A stretch of DNA of 64,000 nucleotides, taken from Alphaproteobacteria bacterium (lineage in GTDB: Bacteria; Pseudomonadota; Alphaproteobacteria; Rickettsiales; UBA3002). This document shows, one piece after another, positions 45,731 through 58,396 of the stretch; within the stretch, counting starts at the first letter, position 1; each line of letters starts with the position of its first letter. A program made the position numbers and the translations under genes. Location of the stretch: contig JANRKD010000007.1 of assembly GCA_033763655.1 (NCBI GenBank), positions 20,796 through 84,795 on the forward strand, read 5' to 3'. The notes under the pieces were generated by a model. That model worked only from the letters and a program-made list of their open reading frames with translations, ran no database searches and had not been told where the DNA came from.

Positions 45731-48405
45731 GCCGCGACCAGATTGACAATGCGGTTAGGCACCACAATCGCCTTTTTCAGCGATTTGCCGCTCATCGCAC
45801 TCACCACGCCGGGATGGGCGAGGGCAAAGGCTTTTGTTTCGTCCTCGGGCAGGTCGCGGGCGAGGGTGAGGGTAGCGCGCAGCTTGCCGTTCACCTGCAC
45901 CGCGACCGTCACGGTTTCATCTTCCAGCAGCGCCGGATCGGCCTTCGGCCAGGGGCGCGCCGCCACCAGATCCGTATGGCCTAACACCGCCCAGAGCTCC
46001 TCGGCCAGATGCGGCAGCAGGGGGGCCATCAGATGAATGGCGGCCGCGATAGCCTCGCCGGTCACCCGCTGCCCGTCAGTCGTGTCGCCACGCGGGTCGG
46101 CCAGGGTTTTTTCGAGCGCATTCGTCAGTTCGCGAATTCGCGCCACCGCTTTGTTGAAATGAAACTGCTCGTAATCGTTTGTCACTGCCTGAATGGTTTT
46201 ATGCGTCAGCCTGTGCAAAGCGGCGATGTCCCCGGCGCAAACCGTAGCGGCGGCGGCAGTGGGTGCAGGGCGCGCCGCCATATCCGCCACCAGCCGGTAG
46301 AGCCGCTGGATGTAGCGCCATGCCCCTTCGATCCCCGCATCCGTCCATTCGAGGCCGCGCTCGGGCGGCGAATCGCTCATCATGAACAGGCGGGCCGTAT
46401 CGGCGCCGTAGCCCTCGATGATGTTGCGCGGATCAACCACGTTCTTTTTGGATTTACTCATTTTTTCCGAACGCCCGATGGAAACCGGCTCGCCCGTTTC
46501 CAGCCGCCAATCGCCCGCCGCATCCTTCACCACGTCGGCAGGGTAGACCCATTCGCCTTTTGCATCCCTGAACGTCGCATGGGCGACCATGCCCTGCGTC
46601 ATCAGCCCGGCAAACGGTTCAGTGACGGGAAGGATGCCGCATTGGTTGAGGGCGCGGGTGAAAAACCGGGCATACAGCAGATGCAGCACGGCGTGCTCGA
46701 TGCCGCCGATATATTGCTGCACCGGCAGCCAGCGCGCCGCTTCGGCGGTGATGCCTCCTGCGCCGCCGCCCGAGGCATAACAGGCGAAATACCAGCTTGA
46801 TTCGAAAAACGTGTCGAACGTATCGGTCTCGCGCTGCGCCGGTTTGCCACAGGCGGGACAGGCCACCTGTTTCCAGGTAGGGTGGCGGGCGAGGGGATTG
46901 CCCGGCGCGTCGAAGGTTACGTCCTCGGGCAGGGTGACGGGTAAATCCGCTTCCGGCACCGGCACCGCACCGCAATCCGCACAATGGATGATGGGAATCG
47001 GGCAGCCCCAGTAACGCTGGCGGCTGATGCCCCAATCGCGCAGGCGGTAATTGGTTTTGCGCGTACCAACGCCGAGCTTCTCCAGCTCCGCAATGGCTTT
47101 TTCCTTCGCGGCGGCGACGCTCAGGCCGTTGAACAGCGGCGAGTTAACGAGGATGCCATCTTCCGTGAACGGCAGGCTGTCGGTAGCGTTCGGTGCGCTT
47201 GCAACCACCGGCCGAATCGGCAGGCCGTATTTCGTCGCAAACTCGAAATCGCGCGCGTCATGCGCCGGACAGCCGAACACCGCGCCGGTGCCATAATCCA
47301 TCAGCACGAAATTGGCAACATAGACCGGCACCGTATCACCGGTGAAAGGGTTAATCGCGCGCAGGCCGGTGTCGTAGCCTTTTTTCTCCGCTTTTTCAAT
47401 TGCTTCCTCGGAAGTGCCGAGCGCGTTGCATTCTGCGATAAACCGCTCAAGTCCCAAGGCGGTTAATTTCGCTTTGTTGGCCACCAGTTTTTTGGCCAGC
47501 GGATGGTCGGAAGCAATAGCGACAAAGCTCATGCCATAGAACGTGTCGGGCCGGGTGGTGTAGATTTCCAGCGGCGCGTACGTCACAGCGGGCGCCCCGT
47601 TCAGATTATGTTTGACAATATCGTCCGGGTCGTCGCTCTCGACAATTTGCAACGTCACCGTCGCGCCGCTGGATTTGCCGATCCAGCGCTCCTGCATAAT
47701 GCGCACCTTGTCGGGCCAGCGGTCGAGGGTTTCAAGCCCCTGCAGCAAATCTTCGGCATAATCGGTGATTTTCAGGAACCACTGGTTCAGCGTGCGCCGC
47801 TCGACCGGCGCGCCGGAGCGCCAGCCGCGCCCATCGACCACCTGCTCGTTGGCCAGCACGGTGTTATCGACCGGGTCCCAGTTGACGGTGGCCTGCTTGC
47901 GGTAAGCGATGCCGCGCTTCAGGAATTCGAGGAAAAACCGTTGCTCATGTTGGTAATATTCGGGCAGGCAGGTGGTCACTTCGCGCGACCAGTCATAGCT
48001 CAGGCCAATGGATTTAAGCTGCTCGCGCATGGTGGCGATGTTCGAAAGCGTCCAGGCGGCGGGGTGGACGCGGCGCTCGATGGCGGCGTTTTCAGCCGGC
48101 AGGCCGAACGCATCCCAGCCCATCGGGTAAAGCACGTTGTAGCCCAGCGCCCGGCGGAACCGCGCCGTGACATCGCCCAGCGTGTAGTTGCGCACATGCC
48201 CCATATGGATATTACCCGAAGGGTAGGGGAACATTTCGAGCACGAAGTAATCCGGCTTTTCGTTTTTCTCCGGGGTGGTAAATACGCCCGCCTGCGCCCA
48301 GGCCACCTGCCATTTTGCCTCGGCCTCGCGCGCGTTGTAGCGCAAGGGGGCGGCGGGCGACGCGGGCCGGGAATCGGGAGATTCTGTATCGTTAGTGCTG
48401 GCCAT
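45727..48405 (-). CDS. leuS: Leucine--tRNA ligase
   Basis: [53 protein letters not shown]. Confidence 0.98.
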   Translation of the reverse strand: MASTNDTESPDSRPASPAAPLRYNAREAEAKWQVAWAQAGVFTTPEKNEKPDYFVLEMFPYPSGNIHMGHVRNYTLGDVTARFRRALGYNVLYPMGWDAFGLPAENAAIERRVHPAAWTLSNIATMREQLKSIGLSYDWSREVTTCLPEYYQHEQRFFLEFLKRGIAYRKQATVNWDPVDNTVLANEQVVDGRGWRSGAPVERRTLNQWFLKITDYAEDLLQGLETLDRWPDKVRIMQERWIGKSSGATVTLQIVESDDPDDIVKHNLNGAPAVTYAPLEIYTTRPDTFYGMSFVAIASDHPLAKKLVANKAKLTALGLERFIAECNALGTSEEAIEKAEKKGYDTGLRAINPFTGDTVPVYVANFVLMDYGTGAVFGCPAHDARDFEFATKYGLPIRPVVASAPNATDSLPFTEDGILVNSPLFNGLSVAAAKEKAIAELEKLGVGTRKTNYRLRDWGISRQRYWGCPIPIIHCADCGAVPVPEADLPVTLPEDVTFDAPGNPLARHPTWKQVACPACGKPAQRETDTFDTFFESSWYFACYASGGGAGGITAEAARWLPVQQYIGGIEHAVLHLLYARFFTRALNQCGILPVTEPFAGLMTQGMVAHATFRDAKGEWVYPADVVKDAAGDWRLETGEPVSIGRSEKMSKSKKNVVDPRNIIEGYGADTARLFMMSDSPPERGLEWTDAGIEGAWRYIQRLYRLVADMAARPAPTAAAATVCAGDIAALHRLTHKTIQAVTNDYEQFHFNKAVARIRELTNALEKTLADPRGDTTDGQRVTGEAIAAAIHLMAPLLPHLAEELWAVLGHTDLVAARPWPKADPALLEDETVTVAVQVNGKLRATLTLARDLPEDETKAFALAHPGVVSAMSGKSLKKAIVVPNRIVNLVAA

Positions 48406-48488
48406 AATTAATCTGCTTGGTGATTACTGATAAAATTCGAGCGGCCTTTTACCTGACCGCCCCCTCAATTCCCGGCGCGCGCCATTCC

Positions 48489-49037
48489 CTAATATCCTAA
48501 CTGCTTGACGCGCAACTCGCGGGCGCGGGTGAGGACGGTATCTTCGAGCTTACGGCCCAATTTGGCATCGGTCGGCGCATCGGCCCATTCGCCGGTTTTG
48601 CTTTTCTGCTGGCGGAACGTCGAGATTTTGAGGCTGTCGGCGCGCAACTGGCGGTCGAGAATCAGCACGTTGACCTTGAAGCGTTCGCCCGGGGTTTCGG
48701 GGTCTTCGTACCAGTCGGTGAGGATGGTGCCGCCGAACGGATCCGCCGCCGTCATCGGCAGGAACGACAGGGTATCGAGCGTGGCACGCCACAGGAAGCT
48801 GTTGACGCCCAGCGGGTTTTTGCCTGTGTCTTTGTCTTTTTCGCCCGCGTTGCCGCCGATGGTCAGCCCTTCATCGCCCGTCAGTTTGCCTCGGCGCTCC
48901 TTGCGGCGATCTTTTTCGTCTTTGGGGTAGCTGGTGGTGGTTTCCTCGGTCGTCGGGCCAAGACCGCAGGCGGAAAGCCCGATCAGCGCCGCACTCAGGA
49001 GCAGAAAGCTGCGGGCAAACGATGAAATGGAAGTCAT
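48489..49037 (-). CDS. DUF3576 family lipoprotein
   Basis: LSAC lipobox, GVNSFLWRATLDTLSFLP...DPFGG.I.TDWY, ERFK, LTRAR. Confidence 0.88.
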   Translation of the reverse strand: MTSISSFARSFLLLSAALIGLSACGLGPTTEETTTSYPKDEKDRRKERRGKLTGDEGLTIGGNAGEKDKDTGKNPLGVNSFLWRATLDTLSFLPMTAADPFGGTILTDWYEDPETPGERFKVNVLILDRQLRADSLKISTFRQQKSKTGEWADAPTDAKLGRKLEDTVLTRARELRVKQLGY

Positions 49038-49124
49038 GGCGTTACCGTTTCGTGGTGGATGAATGAAACGCACACTAGCGAACCGCCCGCAGTTTGCAAG
49101 AGGGGCAAAGCGCCGCCTGTTCAC

Positions 49125-49155
49125 AAAAAAGGGCGGCTCTTGCGAACCGCCCTTT
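49125..49155 (-). terminator. Rho-independent terminator of the porin gene
   Basis: AAAGGGCGG/CCGCCCTTT stem with a U6 tail on the minus strand, just after the porin stop. Confidence 0.85.
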
Positions 49156-49178
49156 CCGTAGAGTTTTAAGCGTAATGC

Positions 49179-50303
49179 TTAGAACGCAACCTGCGTACCG
49201 AGAATGAATACGGTACCGCTGTTGTCGTCAGCCGAAACGCCCGGGACGCTGAAATCGTAGAACGATACTTCAGCATAGGGGGTCAGGCCGGCAGCGAGTT
49301 TGTACTCAGCACCGAGAACAACGTTGGTAAAGTCGTTGTTTTCCAGTTCCGAATCAAGGTAGGTCGCCGAAACAGCAACCGGGCCAGCAGCATAGGCGCC
49401 GCCGAGGGTCCAGTAGTCACCGTTGACTTCCAGATCACCGCCCGTTGCGGTACCCGAACGGTTCCAGTCACCATACGAACCAGCAACGCTGAAGCCTTTG
49501 TAACCGGCGAGAGCGCCGAGGTTCCAGGCGTTGATGTTTTTCGCACCAAGACCCGAAGTGCCGGCAGTGCCTTCACCTTTACCGAACTCGTAGGTACCCG
49601 AAGCAGCCAGTTTGATGCCGCTGAAGGTGCCTTCGTAGCCCAGACCCAGATCCACCACATCGCTTACGCTTGCGGTCTCGCTACGCGAGAGGGTTTGGCC
49701 ACGACCGTCGATTTGCGGGGTGTAGCTGACGCCACCCTGGAAGCCCATGACTTTCGGGGTGTAGTAGCTGACTTTGGTTGCGTTGTAAGTGGTTTCATCA
49801 CCGAATGCGGTGGTGCTGCCATGTTCACCCGGCAGTTTTGCCGTGCTGATGAATTGGGTAGCGTTGGTGCCAGCTACAAAGTTTACCCACGAACCATTGA
49901 TACCACCGGTAGCGGATGCAACGGTCGAAGCATCGATACGCATCGTCGAAGCAACCGACTTGTTGCCACCGAGTTCAACGCGACCGAATTTGCTGTCGAG
50001 GTAGGTGAAGGTACGCGAAGCGTTGCTACCTTGGTTGTTGACGTCGTTCGTCGTATCTGCTTCCAGATCGATTTCCGCGCCGTAGCCCAGGCCGCCATCG
50101 GTTTTACCGTCAACTTTGATGGTGATTTCGTTGTCGTTACGGAAACCGGTGCTGCGGGTAGTTGCGTCTTTATCGTCGCTCACCCAGCCAGCTTGGAAAT
50201 CCGAAAAACCACCAAGGGTTACTTTCGGGGTTTCAGCCGAAGCTGCCGTTGCAAGCAATGCCACAGCGACGAGCCCGGTTGTACCAAGAAGAATTTTTTT
50301 CAT
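49179..50303 (-). CDS. Outer-membrane porin
   Basis: MKKILLGTT signal peptide, G.TDGGL.YG, FGRVELG, YYTP..GFQ.G.SY, C-terminal Phe. Confidence 0.9.
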   Translation of the reverse strand: MKKILLGTTGLVAVALLATAASAETPKVTLGGFSDFQAGWVSDDKDATTRSTGFRNDNEITIKVDGKTDGGLGYGAEIDLEADTTNDVNNQGSNASRTFTYLDSKFGRVELGGNKSVASTMRIDASTVASATGGINGSWVNFVAGTNATQFISTAKLPGEHGSTTAFGDETTYNATKVSYYTPKVMGFQGGVSYTPQIDGRGQTLSRSETASVSDVVDLGLGYEGTFSGIKLAASGTYEFGKGEGTAGTSGLGAKNINAWNLGALAGYKGFSVAGSYGDWNRSGTATGGDLEVNGDYWTLGGAYAAGPVAVSATYLDSELENNDFTNVVLGAEYKLAAGLTPYAEVSFYDFSVPGVSADDNSGTVFILGTQVAF

Positions 50304-50582
50304 GATCAGTTCCTTCTTTAATGAAAATAAAATGTGACAATAAGCAGACTGCCCATCATCACCCGAATGAACAGGGGACACACCATTGATGCGACCACTG
50401 TTCCACGGGCCCATTTATTAGCCTGCCCGCCCCGCCAAGCAAGCAGCCCCAAGCTTTTTATCGCCCCGACCCCCCCTTTAAGTCCGTTCTGTTGCAGTTA
50501 TGTCACAAGTGCGGCATTGGCCGAACCCTGGGCAAAGGAAAGGCTGGACTCGCCGGTTAAGCCCCTGTATTTCAGTAAAACT

Positions 50583-51413
50583 ATGAACGATTCCCACACG
50601 CATGGCAGTCTTGCCACACGGCTTGCAGCCCTGCAACAGGGGCTGGCCGCGCCATCCCCTGTTGATTATTTACGCGCAGGCGCGCCTGATGGGGGCCTTG
50701 CCCCCAAGCCCCTGCCGCTCGCGGCTCGCCCGGGGGGCTTCGCATCGCCCCATCCTACGACACAGCTGGCCGCGCCATCCCCTGTTGATTATTTACGCGC
50801 AGGCGCGCCTGATGGGGGCCTTGCCCACCCCATCCTCATCGGTGCCAGCAAAACCCAGCCGGTGGCGCTGCTGGAAGAGGCCATCACCCTCGGCCTCACC
50901 GATTTTGGCGAAAACCGGGTGCAGGAAGCCGCCGCCAAATGGCCCGCCCTGCGCGCGAAATACCCGAACCTGCGGCTCCACCTCATCGGCCCGCTGCAAT
51001 CGAACAAGGCCGCCGAAGCGGTGGCGCTGTTCGATGTCATTCACAGCATCGACCGGGTTAAAATTGCCGAAGCCGTGGCCGCCGCCTGCCGGAAACAAGG
51101 CCGCCACCCCGCCCTGCTGATTCAGGTGAATACCGGCGAGGAGCCGCAGAAAGCCGGGGTGCCCCCGCGCGACGTCGCGGCGTTGTTGGCCCATTGTCGC
51201 ACGCTCGGGCTACCGGTTGTCGGACTGATGTGCGTGCCGCCGGAGGGCGAAAACCCCGCGCCGCATTTTGCCCTGATGAAAAAAATGGCGGCGCAGCTTG
51301 GGCTTTGCGAACTCAGCATGGGCATGAGCAGCGATTATGAAACCGCCCTGCGCCTGGGCAGCACCATGATCCGTGTAGGCACCGCGCTGTTTGGAGCAAG
51401 GGACGGGCACTAA
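50583..51413 (+). CDS. yggS: PLP homeostasis protein YggS with a repeat-derived N-terminal insertion
   Basis: ASKT, FGENRVQE, HLIGPLQSNK, GLMC.PP, LSMGMS.D, RVGTALFG.R. Confidence 0.93.
   Translation: MNDSHTHGSLATRLAALQQGLAAPSPVDYLRAGAPDGGLAPKPLPLAARPGGFASPHPTTQLAAPSPVDYLRAGAPDGGLAHPILIGASKTQPVALLEEAITLGLTDFGENRVQEAAAKWPALRAKYPNLRLHLIGPLQSNKAAEAVALFDVIHSIDRVKIAEAVAAACRKQGRHPALLIQVNTGEEPQKAGVPPRDVAALLAHCRTLGLPVVGLMCVPPEGENPAPHFALMKKMAAQLGLCELSMGMSSDYETALRLGSTMIRVGTALFGARDGH
50642..50826 (+). repeat. 62-bp exact direct repeat (50642-50703 and 50765-50826) around a palindromic element inside yggS
   Basis: GCTGGCCGCGCCATCCCCTG...GATGGGGGCCTTGCCC twice, offset 123 bp (in frame). Confidence 0.92.
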
Positions 51414-51435
51414 CGCATTTTCTATCTGAGCGCGG

Positions 51436-52026
51436 TTACAGGATTTTGCTCACACTCACTTCGCGTAAATAAGGCAGCAGGCTGGCTTTCTGGTAAGAAT
51501 CATGCGCCGAAGCGGCGGAGGCGCCGTATAAATCGAGAATGGTATTTTCTGCGCCGGAGGCCACCGGGCTGGAAATATCGGCGGGCGGCACGAGGGCAGC
51601 CAGTTGAATCGGGGCCTCTGCCGCCGCGCCCGCATCCGCGACCGCCTGCACTCCGGCCTGCGCCAGCCGGGTCGGCGAATCGTCGGTCAGGGCTGCATAG
51701 ACGGCCTCGGTGGGGCTATGGCCGTTTTCTTCCTCGAAAAGAATACCCGCAAGACTCGCCACCAGCCCAATCGGCCCACCAAACAGCGCCCCGCCCGCCA
51801 GCCGCGAGGCCGCCGACGCCGTGTGTCCGGTCGCATGGCTGAATAAATCGGAAATAATCGGGATGTGGTTCAGCGGGTTAATGGCATCGAACACATCGCG
51901 GAAGCTAAGCCCGTCCGGGCCGAAAAAATCACCCGGCGTATCCGCTGCCAGGGCGCGAGCCTCCTCATCGTTGGCGCGGGCGAAGGCTTTGAAATCGGGA
52001 ACGGTGGTAATCGGGGTCAGGCTCAT
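51436..52026 (-). CDS. Hypothetical protein (F.D..D..NPL.HIP motif seen in other alphaproteobacteria)
   Basis: GLSFRDVFDAINPLNHIPIIS and GGALFGGPIG motifs, recalled from memory; function unknown. Confidence 0.75.
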   Translation of the reverse strand: MSLTPITTVPDFKAFARANDEEARALAADTPGDFFGPDGLSFRDVFDAINPLNHIPIISDLFSHATGHTASAASRLAGGALFGGPIGLVASLAGILFEEENGHSPTEAVYAALTDDSPTRLAQAGVQAVADAGAAAEAPIQLAALVPPADISSPVASGAENTILDLYGASAASAHDSYQKASLLPYLREVSVSKIL

Positions 52027-52137
52027 GGCTCAAGATGCGATGCAAGCACTGTGCCATCGCCGCAGCCCACAGCGCCCCAACCCCATCTGTCCCCCGCGCA
52101 TTGATTGCGGGAGCCTACCTTAGATTCTCGCCGGGGT

Positions 52138-53835
52138 TTACCCCGCCCGCACGCGGCGCAGGAAGTCATCGACCTCAAGGTTGAGTTTTTCGGCCTGCTT
52201 TGAAAGTTCCTTGGAGGCTTCAAGCATCTGCTCGGAAGCGGATCCGGCATAAGTGGAAGCCTCCTGCACATCTTCGAGATTGTTGGCGATGGATTGCGTG
52301 CTGACGGCCGCTTTTTGCATGCTTCTTGAGATTTCATCCGTCGTGGCCGATTGCTCTTCGACAGCGGAAGCGACGCCCGAAGTAGCCTCCGAAATGGAAC
52401 TGACCGAACCGCCAATATCTTTCAGCACGCCGATAATATCCTGAGCGGCTTTGCGCATTTCCCCCATGACATGCTGAATATCGTCGGTTGTTTTGTTGGT
52501 CTGGTTGGCGAGGTTTTTCACTTCGCTTGCGACCACCGCAAACCCCCTGCCGGCTTCACCGGCGCGTGCCGATTCAATCGTCGCGTTGAGCGCGAGCAGG
52601 TTGATTTGCCCGGCGACATGGGCGATCATCTCCATCGCGGCGGCGACCCTGTCCATTGCCGCGTTCAATGCATTGGCGATGGCGTCGGCATTGCGCGCCT
52701 TATCCTGCGACGCATGAACCATCTGCGAGGTTTTTTGAATCTGTGCGGAGATTTCCTTTACCGTCGCGGAAAGCTCCTCAGATGCTGCCGCGACAGATTG
52801 CACATTGGCTGTGGTGCTGGCTGCCGCGCCGCTCGCATTCGTGGCTTTATCGGCGCTCACGCGCGCGGTGCCGACCAGCCCTTCGGCAGTTTGCGCCAGT
52901 TCCGTCGCGGCGGAGGCAACCGTATCGACAATCGCCTTGACGCTTTGTTCGAAATCATCGGCCATGCGGTTGCGGGAATCTTCCTTGTCGCGCTCGATCT
53001 CAGCTTTCTCATAATCCGCAAAAGCGAGCTTGTTCTGCAAGGCGCTGATCCGGGTAAGAAGAAATTGAAACTCATCCGTCCCTTGATTAATTAACGTCTT
53101 GTAATTGCCGTTAGCGATCGAGGTGAGCGTTTCGTCCATATGCTCGATCCGGCCGAGTAGCGATGCATTGGCGTTTCTGGTGACAACATAGGCAAAGCCT
53201 ATGGAGAGCAGCAGTAAAGCGAACTCCACCGCCATTGCCTGGTTTGCGTAGTGCGCACCCTTATGCTCGAAATAGACAGCTACCCCCATATTGATGATAT
53301 ACATGGCGCAAAGGGAGACCGCCAACATTTTGATTTTATTAATTATTTTGCTTAGCCAACGCTGTGTCGCCGCCCGTGGACTGCGGTCAACCACCTGACC
53401 GTGTTCGATAGCGAGCGATCCCGCCTTGCCATCGATGAATTGCTTGTAAATAGCACCCACCGCTTTCGTCGTCGCGGAATCGGGCTTGTTTCTTATCGAC
53501 AAAAACCCTATCATCCGTCCGTTTTCAAAAAGCGGCATGGCGTTGGCCTGCACCCAGTAATGGTCGCCGGTTTTGGTACGGTTCTTTACATAGCCGCTCC
53601 AGGGCAACCCGGCCTTGAGGTCTTTCCATAAATCGGCAAAGGCTTCTGGCGGCATATCGCAGTGCCGCACGATATTGTGCGGCTGCCCCAGCAACTCTTC
53701 CTTTGTGAAGCCGGAAATATCGATAAAATCCTTGTTCGCCAAGCGTATTTTACCTTTTTCATCGGTAATCGAGACAATCATCGTGCCTTCGGGCATCACC
53801 ACTTCGCGCCCTGTAACCGGTCCGTTATCGCGCAT
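52138..53835 (-). CDS. PAS-domain aerotaxis-type methyl-accepting chemotaxis protein (Aer-like)
   Basis: [37 protein letters not shown]; two TM helices; [28 protein letters not shown]. Confidence 0.92.
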   Translation of the reverse strand: MRDNGPVTGREVVMPEGTMIVSITDEKGKIRLANKDFIDISGFTKEELLGQPHNIVRHCDMPPEAFADLWKDLKAGLPWSGYVKNRTKTGDHYWVQANAMPLFENGRMIGFLSIRNKPDSATTKAVGAIYKQFIDGKAGSLAIEHGQVVDRSPRAATQRWLSKIINKIKMLAVSLCAMYIINMGVAVYFEHKGAHYANQAMAVEFALLLLSIGFAYVVTRNANASLLGRIEHMDETLTSIANGNYKTLINQGTDEFQFLLTRISALQNKLAFADYEKAEIERDKEDSRNRMADDFEQSVKAIVDTVASAATELAQTAEGLVGTARVSADKATNASGAAASTTANVQSVAAASEELSATVKEISAQIQKTSQMVHASQDKARNADAIANALNAAMDRVAAAMEMIAHVAGQINLLALNATIESARAGEAGRGFAVVASEVKNLANQTNKTTDDIQHVMGEMRKAAQDIIGVLKDIGGSVSSISEATSGVASAVEEQSATTDEISRSMQKAAVSTQSIANNLEDVQEASTYAGSASEQMLEASKELSKQAEKLNLEVDDFLRRVRAG

Positions 53836-54094
53836 AGAAGCCTCCTGAATTTTTACGTTATGCTCTCCGATTATTGTGTAGGAGCGTGAGATGCCGGTTG
53901 TGGAAACGCCGCCTGATTTTGCAATCAGGCTATATCAGACAGTTGGGGTTTGCATCTGAAATTTACTATAACCCCCTACCTTTTATACTCCTTCTGAGTC
54001 ATTTTCCTCCCGCCTGCGGGAGAGGACCGGGGCGAGCAAAGGCGAGTGGCGCCCGCTCCATCACCCCATAACGGAGCGACATTGCCGGGCCTGA

Positions 54095-54502
54095 CTATCG
54101 GTTGGACACTGCCGCAGCGAGAGCTTCCGCCGAATGCAGCACGGCCTGCGCCTGCGTGCGTTCGTCCGGGGTTTCGGCCTGACTGAAGGCAAGGCGCGCC
54201 GCCGCGAGGGCTTCCTGCGCCTCGACAGCGGAAATATCGGCCAGATCCTGCAGATGGTCGGAAATCACCGTGCATTGCGTAGGCGTGACATCGGCATAGC
54301 CGGTCGCAGCGAAAAAATGGCGGCGCGTGCCGTCCGTCAACGCGACGTCAATCACTCCGGGACGAATCATCGAGAACACATTGCTGTGGCCAGACAGCAC
54401 GCCGAAATCCCCCTCGACCCCGGGAATCTGGACGCTGGTCACGGGCGCATCCACCAGCACGGCGGCCGGTGAAATAATCCGAAGGTGGAATGCGGCGGCC
54501 AT
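54095..54502 (-). CDS. atpC: ATP synthase F1 epsilon subunit
   Basis: IISP, PG.EGDFGVL.GH, RPG; last gene of the F1 operon. Confidence 0.93.
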   Translation of the reverse strand: MAAAFHLRIISPAAVLVDAPVTSVQIPGVEGDFGVLSGHSNVFSMIRPGVIDVALTDGTRRHFFAATGYADVTPTQCTVISDHLQDLADISAVEAQEALAAARLAFSQAETPDERTQAQAVLHSAEALAAAVSNR

Positions 54503-54504
54503 CG

Positions 54505-55962
<1,458 letters not shown>

Positions 55963-55966
55963 CTAA

Positions 55967-56839
55967 TTAAATAGCTTCAGCGCCCGAGATGATCTCGATG
56001 AGCTCTTTGGTGATGTTGGCCTGACGGGTGCGGTTGTATTTCAGCGTCAGTTTTTTAATCATTTCGCCGGCGTTTTTGGTGGCGTTTTCCATCGCGTTCA
56101 TCTGCGCGCCGTAGAAGCCCGCATTGTTTTCGAGCAGGGCGCTGAAAATCTGCATGGTGAAATTGCGCGGCAGCAGGTCGGCGAGGATTTCTTCCTCGGA
56201 CGGCTCGTATTCGTAGGACGCCGCCGCGCCCGGATTTTCAACCTCCGGCACTGAAAGTGGCATCAGCTGCTGGAAGGTCACCACCTGCGAAATCACCGAT
56301 TTGAACTGGTTATAGACCATGGTTACACGATCCAGCCCCTGGGTTCGCATCGCGGCAAAAATTTCCTGCGCGATGTCGTCGGCCATGCGGTAGCCGGTGC
56401 CCTTGGCAACATCAATGCGGCTGCCGAGAATGAGGGACTTGAATTCGCCCGACAGCCAGTCGCGCCCCTTGCGGCCAACCGTATAGATTTTTACCGTTTT
56501 GCCTGCCGCCTGCAGCTCGCGGATGCGCTTTTTTGCCGCCCGCACCACCGAGGAGTTGAACGCCCCCGAAAGGCCACGATCCGCCGTCACCACCACCAAC
56601 AGCTCGACCGTGTCTTTGCCCGTACCGGCCAGCAACACCGGCAGGCCCGATTGCCCACGCGTCCCCGCCGCCAGCCGCGTGACCATGCTCTCCATCGCCG
56701 TCGCATACGGGCGTGCCGACTCGGCCGCCTGCCGCGCGCGGTTCAGCTTCGCCGCCGCCACAACCTTCATGGCCTTGGTGATCTTCTGCGTCGACTTCAC
56801 GCTTTTGATGCGGACTTTGAGGTCCTTCAACGATGGCAT
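55967..56839 (-). CDS. atpG: ATP synthase F1 gamma subunit
   Basis: KITKAMK, DRGL.G, RQA.IT.EL.EIISGA. Confidence 0.98.
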   Translation of the reverse strand: MPSLKDLKVRIKSVKSTQKITKAMKVVAAAKLNRARQAAESARPYATAMESMVTRLAAGTRGQSGLPVLLAGTGKDTVELLVVVTADRGLSGAFNSSVVRAAKKRIRELQAAGKTVKIYTVGRKGRDWLSGEFKSLILGSRIDVAKGTGYRMADDIAQEIFAAMRTQGLDRVTMVYNQFKSVISQVVTFQQLMPLSVPEVENPGAAASYEYEPSEEEILADLLPRNFTMQIFSALLENNAGFYGAQMNAMENATKNAGEMIKKLTLKYNRTRQANITKELIEIISGAEAI

Positions 56840-56848
56840 GACGGGCCC

Positions 56849-58375
56849 TTAAATAAAGCGGTTTTTGACGGTTTGAATGGCTTCTTTGAGCAACCCTTCA
56901 GTAACATCCGTCAGTTTTTCTTCTTTCCGGATAGTCTCAAGCAGGGTTTTGGCACCGCGCAGATCACGCAGCAAATCGGCCTCGAACGCCCCGATTTTGT
57001 TAATCGCGATTTCGTCGAGATAACCCTTCACGCCCGCGTAAATCACGCAGACTTGTTCTTCCATCTGCAGGGGCGAAAATTGCGCCTGCTTGAGTAGCTC
57101 GGTCAACCGCGCGCCGCGCGCCAGCAGGCGCTGGGTGGCGGCATCGAGGTCGGAGCCGAACTGCGCGAAAGCTTCCATTTCACGGAACTGGGCGAGGTCG
57201 AGCTTAATCGTCCCGGCCACCTGTTTCATCGCCTTCACCTGCGCGCTCGAACCGACGCGGCTCACCGACAGCCCGACATTCACCGCCGGACGCACGCCTT
57301 TGTAAAACAGCTCAGTTTCAAGGAAGATCTGGCCATCCGTAATCGAAATCACGTTGGTCGGGATGTAGGCCGAAACGTCGCCCGCCTGGGTTTCGATGAT
57401 GGGCAGCGCGGTCAGCGAACCGGCGCCTTTGTCGTCGCTCATTTTAGCGGCACGCTCGAGCAAGCGCGAATGGACATAGAACACGTCGCCCGGGTAGGCT
57501 TCGCGTCCTGGTGGGCGGCGCAACAGCAGCGACATCTGGCGGTAGGCCACCGCCTGCTTGGAAAGATCATCGTAAATAATCAGGGCGTGCTGCGCGTTGT
57601 CGCGGAAATACTCACCCATCGCACAGCCGGCATACGGCGCGAGATATTGCAGCGGCGCCGCTTCGGATGCGGTCGCGGCAACCACGATGGTGTATTTCAG
57701 CGCGCCGGTTTCTTCAAGCTTTTTAACTACTTGCGCCACAGTCGAACGCTTTTGGCCAATCGCGACATAGACGCAGAAAAGCTGCCGGGTTTTGTCACCG
57801 CTTTCATGCGCGGCTTTCTGATTGAGAATGGTATCAATCGCAATCGCGGTTTTTCCGGTCTGACGGTCACCGATAATCAATTCACGCTGACCACGGCCAA
57901 TCGGAATCAGGGCATCGATAGATTTAATCCCCGTCTGCACCGGCTCGTGCACCGATTTACGGTAGACAATTCCCGGCGCCTTAACTTCCACGCGGCTGCG
58001 TTGTTTGGCGTTAATCGGGCCCTTGCCATCAATCGGGTTGCCCAGCGGATCGACCACGCGGCCCAGCAATTCGGGGCCGACCGGCACATCGACGATGGTG
58101 CCGGTGCGCTTCACCGAGGCACCTTCCTTGATGGTGGTGTCGGAACCGAAAATCACAACGCCGACCGAATCGGTCTCAAGGTTCAGGGCCATACCTTTAA
58201 TGCCGCCCTCGAACTCGACCATTTCGCCCGCCTGCACATTTTCAAGCCCGTAAATGGTGGCGATGCCATCGCCGACGCTGACCACGCGGCCCACTTCGTC
58301 GAGCGCGGCATTGTCGCTAATGCCGGCAATCTGTGCTTTTAAAATGTCCGAGATTTCTGAAGGACGAATTTCCAT
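56849..58375 (-). CDS. atpA: ATP synthase F1 alpha subunit
   Basis: [27 protein letters not shown]. Confidence 0.99.
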   Translation of the reverse strand: MEIRPSEISDILKAQIAGISDNAALDEVGRVVSVGDGIATIYGLENVQAGEMVEFEGGIKGMALNLETDSVGVVIFGSDTTIKEGASVKRTGTIVDVPVGPELLGRVVDPLGNPIDGKGPINAKQRSRVEVKAPGIVYRKSVHEPVQTGIKSIDALIPIGRGQRELIIGDRQTGKTAIAIDTILNQKAAHESGDKTRQLFCVYVAIGQKRSTVAQVVKKLEETGALKYTIVVAATASEAAPLQYLAPYAGCAMGEYFRDNAQHALIIYDDLSKQAVAYRQMSLLLRRPPGREAYPGDVFYVHSRLLERAAKMSDDKGAGSLTALPIIETQAGDVSAYIPTNVISITDGQIFLETELFYKGVRPAVNVGLSVSRVGSSAQVKAMKQVAGTIKLDLAQFREMEAFAQFGSDLDAATQRLLARGARLTELLKQAQFSPLQMEEQVCVIYAGVKGYLDEIAINKIGAFEADLLRDLRGAKTLLETIRKEEKLTDVTEGLLKEAIQTVKNRFI

Positions 58376-58396
58376 GAATAACTCCTGAGAAGAAAC

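Noticed and set aside
50642-50826. Repeat-spacer-repeat in yggS as a mini-CRISPR or att sites
   Set aside because: Only two 62-bp units inside an ORF, with no cas or integrase genes nearby.
53836-54094. tRNA or ncRNA in the atpC-MCP gap (hairpin GCCTGATT/AATCAGGC)
   Set aside because: No T-loop or cloverleaf signature; only isolated hairpins.
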